This document shows, one piece after another, positions 1-13,411 of a stretch of DNA of 64,000 bases. Source of the DNA: Tubiluchus corallicola. Its lineage: Eukaryota; Animalia; Priapulida. The translations under genes were made by a program, and so were the position numbers. The notes under the pieces are model-generated. The model was given only the letters and a program-made list of their open reading frames with translations, was not told the DNA's origin and ran no database searches. Position 1 is the first letter of the stretch. Every line of letters begins with the position of its first letter. The stretch lies in the NCBI GenBank assembly GCA_030141605.1, contig JAQGDQ010000015.1, positions 1,362,568-1,426,567 of the forward strand, given 5' to 3'.

Positions 1-1970
1 AATGGCTGCGTGTAACGATCACCGCGGGAGTTAAATTTTCAAGTTTTAATCAGCGTTACTACTATTATAGTGCACTCTGTGCGCAATAAGTAGGTGACAC
101 AAATTGCAATTCCATGTCAGCACTAACAACCGACTATAATTACGTACAACTAATCATCAAGCATCACTTATTGGAATTTAATTACACTAATTAAAAATAT
201 TGACAAAACAAAATATTGATGTTGTTCAGTTGTATAAGACTTCTCGTGACAAAGAGCACTTGGGGCTGGGAGTAGGGCACTGCCATTATCTACGGGTGCT
301 GCAGGCACACCATCTCAGTTGCTTAAAGTAAAAACATACCTATAAAAATTAACTCTGGTTAACTTGAGATAGTTTTACGGTAATTTTGACATTTTTTACG
401 ATCCTCGTATTCAAAATATTGTGTACGCGCATTTTAAACCCATGCAATACTCTGCAAAGTAAGCACCTGTCCATTATAAATAGGCTTAATTTGTGTTTTA
501 GCCATTTGCTCTAAACTGTCTAGAAAAAATTTCATCTTTGGTGCCCATTGTGCCTCTTGATAGCAGACAATCGCCCTTAAAAACTTAGAAATCTTATACT
601 CTTACTTTACAATTACTAACTATAGGAGCTAACTAAGAATCAAAGCCATTTATTTTTTACTTCTTAATGTAGAATTTTTTAACACCTTAAGCGCGAAACC
701 GTTCTAACGTATCATTTTTAATTCATCGAAAAGCCTCAAATAAGCCAGTGAGTCGTGAATTGACAAAGCAAAAAAAACTATAAAAGCTGCAATTACAAAA
801 TTTACTACAAAATAAGTTATTGTAAACTGCAATTTATTTATTTATTAAAATTCTGTCGTACACAAAGTACCATTCTTAATTAAAATAAGCGACATATATA
901 AAAAATTGAAAAAGATAAAATACAATATTAAAAACATGCACGAACTATAAACATATTTACAAGAGAAAATTAATTTGTAAATAAATAATTTAGACACATT
1001 ATTATTAAAAATGGAGGTTTTTAGACAAATGTAAAATTAATTGCACTGCCATGAAACTCCTGTGCACATTTACTTCATACAAATTTTTAATCACAGTAAT
1101 TGATTCATATTGGTTATTTTGCACACCGTTCAGAATATTACGAATGGCAACAGATTTGACTAATTTTTTAGTTGAGTTACCAATTATTAATTCATAGTTA
1201 TATGTAAAGTTCCTCACATCCTTCCAAAACTCGGAATACCTATGATAATAATGATTTACAATATAAAATATTGCAGTAATAGCAATGCATTGCTTTTTAA
1301 TAAATGCGTTAAATGAAATATATAAAATATGCTTTGGGATTGCAATCAATTCATATAAATGTAGTAACCTTAGTTAGGAAATAACTGGTCTAAGTAACAA
1401 GAGTCGCTCTTTCAATTTCTTGGATAGCAATAAGTAGTAATCAATAGCATTAAACAATGCTTGACATCACGAGACTCCTGCCGTCTCAACAACTTGTAAA
1501 TGCGTTCACAAATAAAACCAGTTTTAAACAAAAAGGTAGGAGATAGACGGGGTGTCCATAGATCAACCACGACTCTACACTAATCAATTTGGCACTAGGA
1601 AGACAATATCCCAAATCAAAGAATTAAGCTTTAAAGAATAACTGCGGTACTAAGAAAGCATTCATTTTTACGAACATCCTGCTCGGAGGCAGGTAACAAC
1701 TTGTAGCTGTCACGTGGAAAATATATTGCATTCCACAAATTCTTGTGTTTGAAGAGTGAAATTATCGTGGAAATGAAATTAGATAAATTCTCGTTATAAT
1801 GATTCGCTTGTGGACGGTGTGTCAAACTGAAACGAAGATTAAACACGAACGAAGTCAATCAAACAAGAGTTGAAAATCCACCGTACCGATTTCCAGAATA
1901 CGAAGGTGCAAAACTAGGGAGCGAGGGTATACAAAGAAGTAAACAAACCTTACAAGGCTTTCACTTGGAA

Positions 1971-3332
1971 ATGTACGTCATGGAGAACAATAACTTCGGA
2001 GACGCTTATTGTGCGATACAACATGTAAATTCCTGTTTGTCTTTACCAATAACAAATGCGACCAAGGTGTCAATCTTAAACCCTATACGATGTGCATTGT
2101 CAGAAGAAGACATAAAGAAGCTTGAACTTTGGTATATGTGTAATAAACAGAGTCCATGTCCTAGCAGACAGGAAATATTTCATATTGCAAGGTATGCGGA
2201 CATCGCGCCAATACATGTGAGAAACTGGTTGTCCAAGAAAAGGAAGGAACACCGAAAACACGCTTCAAGCACTAAAAAGCGTTGGACAGCTTGCTTATCT
2301 TATGATTCAGAAAATATGGAGAAACCAGAGAGCCTCTCAGCGGTAAAACTAAAACAAGGAGGATCTTTCCAGGAATTAATGTCAGATGCAATGCCAGCAT
2401 CACGTTCCAGTGTACCAGACACTGGAACAACAATATCAAAGCTTGCACCTGCAATGCATTCAAGATCAAATTCTGAAATGCGATGCGTGGCATTGCCAAT
2501 TGTAAAGATGGCGACACCATCAAAATTAAATGTTGAACCTTCAGTGTCACACAGCAGGACGTTATCAGCATCAAAGATAGTAACTTCGTCAACACAACAT
2601 ACCGCGTCTGAAGCAAAGCCAAATGTTCTCATTCCATCAGTTCTGACCGCGAAGTCACCATCAGCACCAAGTGACCTTGGCAACACCACGTCACTAAATG
2701 CTGTGGCTGCACCACCAATATCAAAGACACAAACACTGGAATGGCTGGAATGGTTAAAATCACGACAGACCACGGTATCATCAAAATTGCAATCTACAGC
2801 GATCCCATCACAGACCACGCTTCCAGAACCATCATTTGATGCCAACCATAACAGATCTTCTCAAGACACAAAGCAGAATCCGATACTTACAGTTCGTGCA
2901 CCAAGTCATGGTACAATGGTGCCTTGTATGCCATTTAAGCTTGCAGCTGCAATGCCTCCGACGTTACCCCCATTACAAAGGACTAGTTCTACATTTATTG
3001 ATGAAGTTATCAGAAAGAAATACCAGAAGCAATGGAACAGCAGAATGAAGAAGACGCCGCCAACCAAGAATCCACTTCCTGCTCAAGCTATTGAGTTCAT
3101 GGAGCGCTGGTACCAGGAAAATCATGACCATCCTTTTCCAACTTTGCAAGAAAAAGATAAGATCGCGCAGAAATTAGGACTGTCCCCCATGCAGGTGAAG
3201 AGTTGGTTTGTGAGAAGACGACAAAAGGCTGAAAAGGAGAGAAGGGTGTTTAATGAAGTTGTCCAGAAAGTGTCGGCAGAACGGAATGCGCGCTTTATGG
3301 AGCAAGACATGGCCAGAAAGATTTTTTTATAA
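1971..3332 (+). CDS. Intronless double-homeodomain TALE-class homeobox protein (~450 aa)
   Basis: Single ORF with ATGs at 1971 and 1980 and TAA at 3330-3332. HD1 (~2076-2264) is LELWYMCNKQSPCPSRQEIFHIARYADIAPIHVRNWLSKKRK and HD2 (~3050-3240) is MERWYQENHDHPFPTLQEKDKIAQKLGLSPMQVKSWFVRRRQK. Both show TALE spacing (W to PxP 8 residues, last P to helix-3 W 22 residues). A S/T/P-rich linker separates them, and AATAAA lies at 3490. Confidence 0.88.
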   Translation: MYVMENNNFGDAYCAIQHVNSCLSLPITNATKVSILNPIRCALSEEDIKKLELWYMCNKQSPCPSRQEIFHIARYADIAPIHVRNWLSKKRKEHRKHASSTKKRWTACLSYDSENMEKPESLSAVKLKQGGSFQELMSDAMPASRSSVPDTGTTISKLAPAMHSRSNSEMRCVALPIVKMATPSKLNVEPSVSHSRTLSASKIVTSSTQHTASEAKPNVLIPSVLTAKSPSAPSDLGNTTSLNAVAAPPISKTQTLEWLEWLKSRQTTVSSKLQSTAIPSQTTLPEPSFDANHNRSSQDTKQNPILTVRAPSHGTMVPCMPFKLAAAMPPTLPPLQRTSSTFIDEVIRKKYQKQWNSRMKKTPPTKNPLPAQAIEFMERWYQENHDHPFPTLQEKDKIAQKLGLSPMQVKSWFVRRRQKAEKERRVFNEVVQKVSAERNARFMEQDMARKIFL

Positions 3333-3489
3333 TCTAGATAAAATATTTCTCTGTTAGTTTTCGTGCAGCGTGTGTGGTTTAATTTGACATACATTATTTT
3401 TTATTTCGAGCATACGAATGCGTTATTTAAGCTTTTGTAACATGTTTCATCAAGATTTTTAATGCATTTGTCTATTTGTGTGCTTATTA

Positions 3490-3495
3490 AATAAA
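3490..3495 (+). promoter_or_regulatory. Probable polyadenylation signal of the homeobox gene
   Basis: AATAAA about 160 nt after the stop codon, followed by T/GT-rich sequence. Confidence 0.55.
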
Positions 3496-3575
3496 ATGGT
3501 AACTATTGTCTAATCATCATTATGTCATTTTAGTCTGTTTGGGAATGATGTAGTCATGGTTTGTGCTTAATGACT

Positions 3576-3855
3576 GACGCTAAACAAGGTCCGGCTTGGT
3601 GAGTGAATGGATGTGTGAAAATACTCGCTCTGGGCGGTTTCAGTTGCCTTACTGATTCTGACCAACTACATTGTTGAGGGGAGGAAATTGTGCATCCAAA
3701 CGTGCCTGAGACACTTCTGGTAGTTCAGTATCTCATCCTAGAGGATCACCCCCATAATTAACTAAGTTCTGGTCCTGCCATAATCATCTATCTTAAGGAG
3801 GCGTGCTGGATTCTAGCTTGTAAAGTGCTTAACTGTATAAAAACACAATTATTCT
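3576..3855 (+). mobile_element. Degenerate 5S rRNA-derived SINE-like remnant
   Basis: 3576-3618 GACGCTAAACAAGGTCCGGCTTGGTGAGTGAATGGATGTGTGA aligns without gaps to the recalled 5S internal control region at 32/43 positions. The 3' end TGTAAAGTGCTT...TATAAAAACACAATTATT resembles L2/CR1-type tails. Confidence 0.4.
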
Positions 3856-6800
3856 CAGCTATTGTACATACAAGAACTAATAGGTTATTTATTTTTCAGT
3901 TAAGTAGCACGAACCGTTGCTTATCTTATTAGATACTTTTATCTTATTAAGATCTTCTAGGACTCAAAAGAACGCAATTTAATGGACGTGGGCACTTGTG
4001 GGTTAATGTACACAAACGCTCAATTATATACGCTTCAGACAACACGTTTCATATTCATCATCAACAGGTATACGCAATGGCTTTACATCAGCGCACCTAA
4101 CTAGGTCGAATAAAGGTCAATAGGCTTCCTTTATCAATTCACTAGTTTCACGTGAATGGCCGTTTGCGTTGCTCAGTGTGTTAATTAACCTTGATACTTT
4201 TGAAGACGTTGATGAGACTGTCACTGCTAGATCGTGCAAAGTCTGTTTTGCAAAAAACTTACAGCACAGCTATATATTCTACAGCACTTTGTCGGTGAAA
4301 ATTATGCAACATCTAAATCTATTGAAAGATAGGTCTTAACGTCAGCGTAGTTACACAACTGCCTAGTGTTCAAACAACGATACGATAAGATATTTGAACA
4401 AGGTGAATATTTGAATCCTGTTCGATTTGAATGACAATGCCCTAGTACACTGGCTTATATATTACATTGTGTTATGTAATAGAGAAGCATAACTTTTCTG
4501 TAACATTACATCACCCATGATTGTGCTTTGGCTTCACAATACCAGCCTAAACATTGCTTAACATTGCTGATGTAGCTCTACGCTCCTAGTTGCGCAACGT
4601 TTGAAACTGTGACTTGACTGTAAATATACGCCGTTTGTAAGCAAGATACCCATTTATAATCACTTGATCGAATACTTCAGCGAGTTAAAAGTTCCATGTT
4701 AAAAGCTCAATAGGTTACATTGAACGGTCAAATATAATGAGAAAATGAAATATCAAGTGTTGTTGAAACAGGGTTGCATCGGGGTTTGAGCACGGCATCT
4801 TGAGTGCCTTAAGCTTCAAGGCTTATGGCATTGGGCTGATGTTACGAACATCCCTGGTCGGAATTTAGTCTGAGTCACACTTTTTGACTTTCATTCTTTG
4901 CCTTTTTCAATATTTTTATAATTCTAGGCTTCTACGTTGAATAATAACGAAGTTTGCCATTTTCGTTTTTACCACTTTTAATTTCTCAAGACATTAATAT
5001 AAACTTATGTTAAGATCATGTTTAGTTACACACATCTAAATATCTTACAGCAGTGCACTTGCAGTTGAATTCTGGCTCCAAGCTGCGAGAGAAAATATAA
5101 TTATCAAAATAACTACATAAAATCATAGGTGCAAAGCTATTTGGTACACACTGATCAAGGTTCCCTAGGTAGCAACGTTTGCCATAGTTAAATTCTGCAA
5201 ATTTTCTTATTTCAGTGGTTAATAGTAGCTGACTGAATTGCATGTAAATGATTTCCGCTCATACAGTAGCATTTTGTAATAATAAGTAGCGTATTTTCAT
5301 GATACACTTCATAGTAATCCACATCAAAATATCCCACATCGGATTTTACCTTTGCTTTGACCGAAAGTAATTATACGCCAGATCGAAAGAGTTTATGGGT
5401 AATAGTAGGTAACAGTGCAGCTCACGAAATGAAGTTTTGATTGAAATGCAGCCTAATTAAATCGAAACAAGCGACCACCTTCTTGAAGGCTGCCATAAAT
5501 TTATGCTTAATTATTCAGCATTTTATACGATACACGCCGCCAATTAATAAGTCATGATGGCGCCCAATTAGCGGCTCTGGGAAAGTTTTTCTGCAAAGTC
5601 AAATTTTCAATGAGTACTATGAGCGAGCTCACACTGAAAATGTTAACACGCTTATTCAAATAAAGTTTGAAGAATCATTTTTCTAAACCGCCTCAAGATA
5701 TTATAAACAGAACCAAATAAATGGTTTCAGCGTGATTACAGCTTCGTTACCTGTAACGTTACCAATTCGTTACCATTGAACAAATGAGCAAACTGTTTCA
5801 GCATAAATAGATGGTGTTAATAGGCTGCTTTCGCGTGGATAACCGAAATGATGATAGTCATATTTTTGCAACTGATATCTCATCTAATATAGCACCAAAA
5901 TTGTATTTTAAGAAACAATCACGTATTATCTATACCGGTTTGAGCAAATAAAAGTGAATTGAATTGAACATCTGCAAACCCCATTAGAAAGGTGAAATAT
6001 TATACATAGCAGCAAGACTCGGCGCTAATCGTTCGCCGATATTTTATTGTATCAGATGATACGCTTCTACCTCCTCATCAAATTAGCCAAGAGTTCCATC
6101 AATCCTTGACATAGGCAGCTCTAATAATTGCAGCTGTACAGCTCGAACGCGGGCATTAGGAAATTAATGGTAAGAGATACAGCAAGTATTCTCATTTAGC
6201 TTTAGCATCGAAGAGCCTATATATGGAAAATCAAGTTTATAAGAAGTAAAAAAGAAAGGAGCACAGAATTAGGAATCCAATTTAGAAATTTAGGAAAACT
6301 AATTTAGAAGTTTACATTTTTTTCACAGAGATAATGGATTTTTCTATATAAGTCTATTTCGTTATATAAGTAATATGAATTACGACAAATTACTTATAGA
6401 CAATTATATGGAATTTAGTCTACAGTAAAGTTTCAATTTAATTCAACTCAAACACTCGACATTTTCATTTAATTAAAAATTTGAAACAGCACAAATAATT
6501 CGCCTATCAGTGCCCATAGGGTTGCTAACTTGGTGTCATCATTAGTCGTCTAGGAGCTTGTGGCTTCATCTCTATAAACATGTACAAAGTGACAAGGATT
6601 CACTCCCGCACTTGTCAACCTAGACTTGACAAGCTGAGGGTTGACGCGTAATGTGCCTGTTTTCGCTTTTCCGAGGCGTTCACTGTAACAGCATATTTTC
6701 ATTGATTGCCCATGTCAGCGAATTTTTGCACAGAAGTTGCGTTTGTTAATGGCTTTTTTGAGACGTTTAACTGGCCGTATGATTGCACGATGTCGTGCCG

Positions 6801-9800
6801 ACCCCAGCGGCAAATAGTTACACTGAGCAATAACAATCAACCTTCGGAACATATTATTTAACACTTTAACGTAAGATGGTAATTATTGAAGAAAAGTTCA
6901 GAATATACATTTACAGATTTTCTTCAATCTCTTTTGGAAATTGGTGTTTAAAGTATTATATTAGATCTTGCAACAATAGGGATGTCATTTATCATAATTA
7001 TGGTTGTTTCCTTCTTAAAATTCTGAAATGCTCTTTGAAGGAATGCAAGATAACTGAGCAAAAGTAACTACATTTCAAAAATTATCTTAGCAAATAGAGG
7101 TGAATCATGCGTTTAATGAGGCAAAATTTTGTTGTTTTATCGAGTTTATTAATTTTCAGAATTGGCCTGCTACGTGCAGCCAAGAAGTTCTGTGCATGAA
7201 CTTCGTTGTCAACTTGTGCAGTCAGGTCAAGTCAGCAATATATTACAACTCAACTTGAAAAAACAGGATTTTTAATATTTCCCTCAGCTGTCAGGTACAT
7301 AATACTTTAGTCTTAAAATCTCAAGATGCTATCACGATTTTACAATAACTTTGAAGAGAAAACACATTTCTGCTCAATGGATGGCTATTTCATTATTAAA
7401 ACATTATGCAGCTTGAACAATATTTCGGCCAGCCTTCGATGAATTATGAGCAGGCATCATCTCGATTGGAATGTCGATTCGAAAACAGCCCTAATTCCCA
7501 TGAAAACTATTAGCATAATTTTTGAAATTCTGCAGTGTCAGAGGCTGTCCGATCCTCAGTGACATCAGCTGCAAAGTCATGGACTGGAAGATTACAAGCA
7601 TCATTAGTTTCTCTTGATGAAGCTAGTCGTAGCTCTGTGGGGAAAATCTTAATACAAGACTTGTCATAGATACTTTAGATTTTAATAAACATTATGGCAT
7701 TATACTAATCTAAGCAATGAATAACAGTTATTCCTCGAGTGCTACAGTTTTATTCTGAGGCAGTTCTTGACAGATTCATTATATAGAAGCTAAGAAGGCG
7801 GGTGAGGGCGTTTAGGGCGTGTGCGTTATCGATAGGCATTGCGTTTGCCATTTTTAATACATATTTCTTGCGTTTATGAATTCGTGGCTCATGAGTGATT
7901 CCATACAAATCAAAGTTCGTAGCGATAGCTTAACAGTCGGATGACTTTTCCACACATGTAGTAATTAGACACAACGTACAGCATTTATTTGTGCATTATG
8001 CGTGAGTCTCTTGTCAACAAGTTTTGAAATCTAGGAGACCAAAAGACTCAATTCAATATCGTTTGTCATAGTCAAGACAGTGCCAAGTGTTAAGAGTTAA
8101 TTTGTAGTCCACAAACATCGTGGCTGCATTTGTAAAAATCCATTTAGTCCTGCGCACCGTTTTGTACTGCTAATGCAGGTATTAAGAGTGAATCCGTGGA
8201 ATCCTTAAATTTCGTTGAAGCGAGTGTGAGGAATATTAAAACAAATTTTAATATTAAAATAGAGGATCGGATTTTTGTACCCACAGTGTATGCGCTATCA
8301 TCTTTATCTAAGTATTTTTTCATTTCTATTCTTGAACATTTAATTATCGGAAATTAAACGCTACAGAGAGTGTAAACATTGAATCAGCTATTAAATTCTA
8401 ACAAGTTATTAGAGTGTGATTTCGTACGTAATTAAAAAAACCACAGTTTGCTGATAGAATAAATACGCTTTTCTGACATGTATTGCGTAAGTTGACAGTG
8501 GATATTCGACATAGCGCGTTTCTTAAACAATTTAATCTCCGCGAATGATGAGAGAAAGAGAAATCCATAGAATTTTTGCTTGTAAGGAAAGAGTATAATT
8601 GTTATATAAAATAAAAGCGTTAAAAAACTGACTAGACAAAATGTCAGGCACACGCAAACTGCCATCGTTCAAAAGCATTAAACTATAACTTTATTGCCTA
8701 ACATCCAACATCAACAGCATTCTAATCCTAACAACTATCCCACTTCGGCAGTATACAGGAATTTCAGTGAGTCCGAATTGTTGTAATTTTTTTCTATATC
8801 TGGCCCTACAAAATTCAAGACTAAACAAACAACACTAGTAGAAGTACTATATGCAACAGTACCTACCTAACATAAAACTATGAGCGTGTAACATACAGAA
8901 ATATTCTGCACATTGCGGGTGGATGTAAAGTTGCAATTATAATAACTTCAAGTGTTCTATCAGTGGAGCATTTTGTAAAATAAAAACGTTTTAGTTTCAA
9001 TTATTAACAAAAAATGTGAGAAGGGAAATTAAACTGAATTTTTGGAGAAAAAAGCTAAAGGGACATGAGCTCGTCGAAGATCTGTGTGCCTGTTGGTTAG
9101 GTTACAGCAGCGGTTCAGGTAGCACTTGTTGTCTAATAGCCTGTTAAAAGAATATAATAAAACGATAAACAAATCCATGCCAAAACTAGACGTCGCAATG
9201 AATTCCCTTCGAAGTAACCTGAGTTTATTTCTCAGAATTAAAGCCGCTTTGATGTACAATAAGTGGTAAACGAATGAACGAATAAATGAATGAACAAACG
9301 AACAAATAAACGACGAACAAACGGACAAACCAACGAACAAAGAGTCAAACGAATCATTGCAGTCTTCGCTCCGGAGCTAAATCCGTTGCATAGAGATTCC
9401 TGGAAAATCAATGTTTACTGCATTTTCTACCAGTACAGACATTCTTTGTTGAACTATAGTAGGCCTGTATAATTGTGAATAATAATTTTAAGTAAACAGT
9501 ACTTTGAAAAGTAAGGTATTCCTATTTCAAAATGAAACCTTTCCCATTGGGGCAAGCCTATTGTTACTAGTATATCACGAACCTCCAGTTTTGAAAAACA
9601 TCAGGAAAGAAAAGCTTCCTGTTCACTTAAACGACAGTAATAATTAAAAGTAAACACACAGCAATCTTGAGCGTACTGAACTTATTAGCTACGTCAAACA
9701 ATCACACAATACAAAATGTGTAAGCAAAAGCGACGTCTAACATCATTTGCACAGCATCGTTTTCATCTCACTTTAAATTCCTGCCCAGTTTCTTTTACAG

Positions 9801-12800
9801 CGCTTTTTGAAGCAGCATTATTAATCTAATGCTGTTAATTTCATTAACGTTACATAGAAACAGTGTACCGCACGTAATTCATGGCACGCATTAATGGTGT
9901 CTACAATAGGTGCCATGTTATTAATGTCGCTTGTTACCAATGACAGGTCATATATTTGTGTAACTAGCGTGGCTAGCTCTAATCCAGTTTGTGACGAATA
10001 CAACTTCTTCCCTGTCACACAAAACGTTAATTAACTATACAGCTCTTACGTTGCCTGTAAAGATAAGTAAATTGAGATGTAGTGCTTGCTCCTGAGTGGC
10101 TTGTTATTGAAGAAGAGCAGCCAGCAAGGACCAGCAAAGCTTTTGCTGTTGCAGCCATTTACCAAAGAAACTAGTACACAACAAGACCCGTAGCGAAGAA
10201 GACAGAGAGAAAAGGGATAAAGGAAATAAAGCAATTTGAATAATAAACGGTGATCTGGGCGATTCCCTTTATTGACCTGTTAATATTGTAGAAAATTAAC
10301 TTCAACATTATTAACCAATGAAAGTTTGAGTCCTCACTTACTTATAACTAACTTTTAAAAAAAAATGAAATATCAGCTTACGTCCCATTGTAATGACGGC
10401 GTTCCTCGTGGGTGATAGTAATTAGTAACTTATGCAATACGAGTATGAAGCGCACTTAACTTTGGTAACGTTGCGAGACTGATCTGATACTAAGGCTTTT
10501 GAAATGCGGAGTTTTCCTTGCGGTTTATGTGTACCTGTTTCTGAATACAAAGCTTACTGAAAGATTAATTAACATTTCAATGCTTTTATTCTACTGACAG
10601 ACAATGAGTAAATCAAGAAAAAAAAGAAAAAAATACATTACAATAGTTAAAGATGGCCATTTCAAGAATTACAGCACGAGTTCTTGGTACCAAACAGTAA
10701 CCTAATAGTAACTGCAGTTTTCACTGTCCATAAGAGTTCGTGCACAAGATATCACCAATTTGAGTAATCACTATTGAGCTCAAAAGTAAACTGTTACTTA
10801 TCTCTGGAGTGAGCGCTCACTACGTCAGTCCATTGGCAATCACTGGGGTACTCCATGGAAGGGATACCATCTCCGAAACATCGCATACCACGCTCGACAG
10901 TACTAGGTGTCAGTCCGTCCACACCATGACAACAAGTGCTGGATTGCTTATACTGTCTAGAAGGCTCAAAGTTGGTCTTTTCTCCACTCACTTGCATTAC
11001 AACACATTGTCCATTAGGATAGTATTACACCATTTACAATTGTCCAGGATTTTTCACAATAAAACACCAGTTCAGCCAATTTCAACAGATAAATTTTAGG
11101 TTTGTCCTCAAAGGTATAAACCCAACATTTTAACAGCTATCATTTTCCAGACTGTTCTACACACCTCTATATCAAAAGCACATTTTCCTGTTACTGGAAC
11201 AGTTCACTACATTCTAGGTAGTTTTACACTTTAGACAGGTAACTGTAACACTATATAGGCTGAATGAGAAAGCAAAACACCCCTGTAATAAAATAAACAA
11301 GGCCGAAGCCAACACACTTTCAAAATGACCTGCATAACACTGAAATTTAGGTTACCTGTGGGGCAGATGTAGTTCATGGGTGCCTAGTACATTATTGAAA
11401 CAACAACAATAAAAAATACAGTAAACTATGCATGTAGTTTCCTTATACAAAAACAAACTAAGCTAGGCCTACTCAATCGAACAAAACATTTATCATTGAA
11501 CAAATTGCATAGTATAATGTACATAGGTGGTTGCTTGTAATGTGCAAGAACACACTTTAGCCAAGGGGTGGTCCATCACACCGATCCAAATCCAGATGTG
11601 TGGTACAAATTCAGCTACTGTTTTTCTGCAGTACTGAAAGGCTATTGATTTAAACCCATGTACTAGATCTTTAGATAACTTTTGTTTCAGCTATGCTTTG
11701 GGTGCTAGATGTTCATAATGGAAAACTTGTTCACACAGAATGTGCCTCAATCACATAAGGCAGGTACCTTAGCTTTTTCGTACTATCAATCTGGTTCTAA
11801 CTAATTTGGATCCTGCAGTCTCTTGCCCATCGAAGTGCCTATTTCTACTTGGAACGTCATCTCTATTTCCATGTTATGGTTAAGACTCTCGGTAGCTCTC
11901 AGTTGTTACTATCAGTTACGATCAGTAAAGAGAGTCATAATATTTTATGTAAGTCTAAATACAAGACTGTCACATTGCCAGAGTGCCTCTACAGCGTACA
12001 GCTGTTCCTTTATTCGTTACTTTGGATGGGTTAATTGGGGTCGAGAGAATGACTGCAAACGCTTTTGAGACGGCTCGGCGAGCTAATGAAAACGGATTGA
12101 GTTAAATGAAACGAGAAAAATTGGCAGACAGTAGTTCTTCTCAGCCACTTATTTCAAGCAGTAAGTTTAACAAAAACCCAAGAGCAATGCTGAAGTAATA
12201 AACTATTTTACTGGCTCAATCATTGCTGACTAATTAACAAGTTTATCAATAACTTGTTAATTGAGTCTTCAGCCAATTATTTAGAGTATGCAAATTAGAT
12301 GGTAATAAAATTTCAGTGGGACCAAGGCACTGAATATCTTGTTGTAATATTCACGTAGCTGTGAAAATATTGCTAGTAGAAAGTTGGTGGAAGGAGGTGT
12401 TACTTACTTAATTAACAAGAATCATAAATAAAAAATTAAATAAACGGTCATAACATATTTGTTTAATCGTAATAAACCTCAGAACTCACACTTTTGTGAA
12501 TATGTTAGTTGTAATGATCTTTGGAGGGCGGCAGGGGTGGTCGGGAAATTATAAAATAAGAAGGACCTAGGGTCATGATATCAAAATTAGGCAACTGAAA
12601 GTTTGGTTTTGAATATACTAATTAAGATTAGAGATAAGCTTGCAACTTGTTTGAAGGAGAGCTGTGACCGAGGAGCGCGAAGTATTTTCCTAGTAATTTT
12701 GATAAAAGCTGTTGTAATGTTAAAAATAAGCGAAAAAAACTTGACCAATAGTTGACATAACACCTAAGAGGTAGACTCTGGAGTGGGGGATACTTTCCGG

Positions 12801-13377
12801 TTATTGTTTCTCAGTAAAAAAAATTGTTTAATTTGCAAAAACACTGCAAGTATTCCAGTTGCTGAAAGTGAATAGTCATAACGCCAACGTAAAAAATGCT
12901 AAAAAGATAATTAAAGTAATAGAGCTGTTCTGTTTTATATAAATCTGCTTTAAGAAAATTAAGTACTTCAAGTATTCAAATTTGGCATTGCGGCATCGAT
13001 TTTTATGCAGCGAAGTACATGTTATCATAAACTCTACTACTTTTGAGTTTTCAAGATTCAAAAAATGCTTCATGGGGCAATGACATATAATTGCATCCAA
13101 AACAGACTATCATTATCGTTTCCGCTATTAAATTTCTGGTAAATGACGCTGTACGTCCAGAGACATTCATGAGAACGGATTAAAATCAATCAGATTTTAG
13201 TATGAAAACAGAAGAGCTGAGATTTTTGTTATTTCTGCTGGAATATGCATTCTCTGTGCAAATAATTCCCAATAAAAAGTGAACAATTTCGCCAGGAAAA
13301 GACAAAGATGCAAAGATAAGCTAAAGAGTATGAAGCGCCTTTTTATCTTCATGTTCTGTTTGTCTACTTACCTATCT

Positions 13378-13378
<1 letters not shown>

Positions 13379-13410
<32 letters not shown>
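13379..13410. repeat. (CCTG)n microsatellite
   Basis: About 8 direct copies of CCTG. Confidence 0.9.

Positions 13411-13411
<1 letters not shown>

Noticed and set aside
1005-1349. 114-aa minus-strand ORF with FWKDVRNF
   Set aside because: Very AT-rich with a non-ATG start. It faintly recalls the C-terminus of L1/Tx1 ORF2 but is too weak to call.
2272-2845. Antisense ORFs over the homeobox gene
   Set aside because: Shadow frames of the real CDS with no motifs.
6600-7620. Possible non-coding exons (acceptors near 7159 and 7535, donors near 6871 and 7295)
   Set aside because: Splice-like sites only, with no ORF or other support. RNA data would be needed.
10794-11099. GC-richer patch with ORFs on both strands
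   Set aside because: No recognisable domain and no consistent splice partners.
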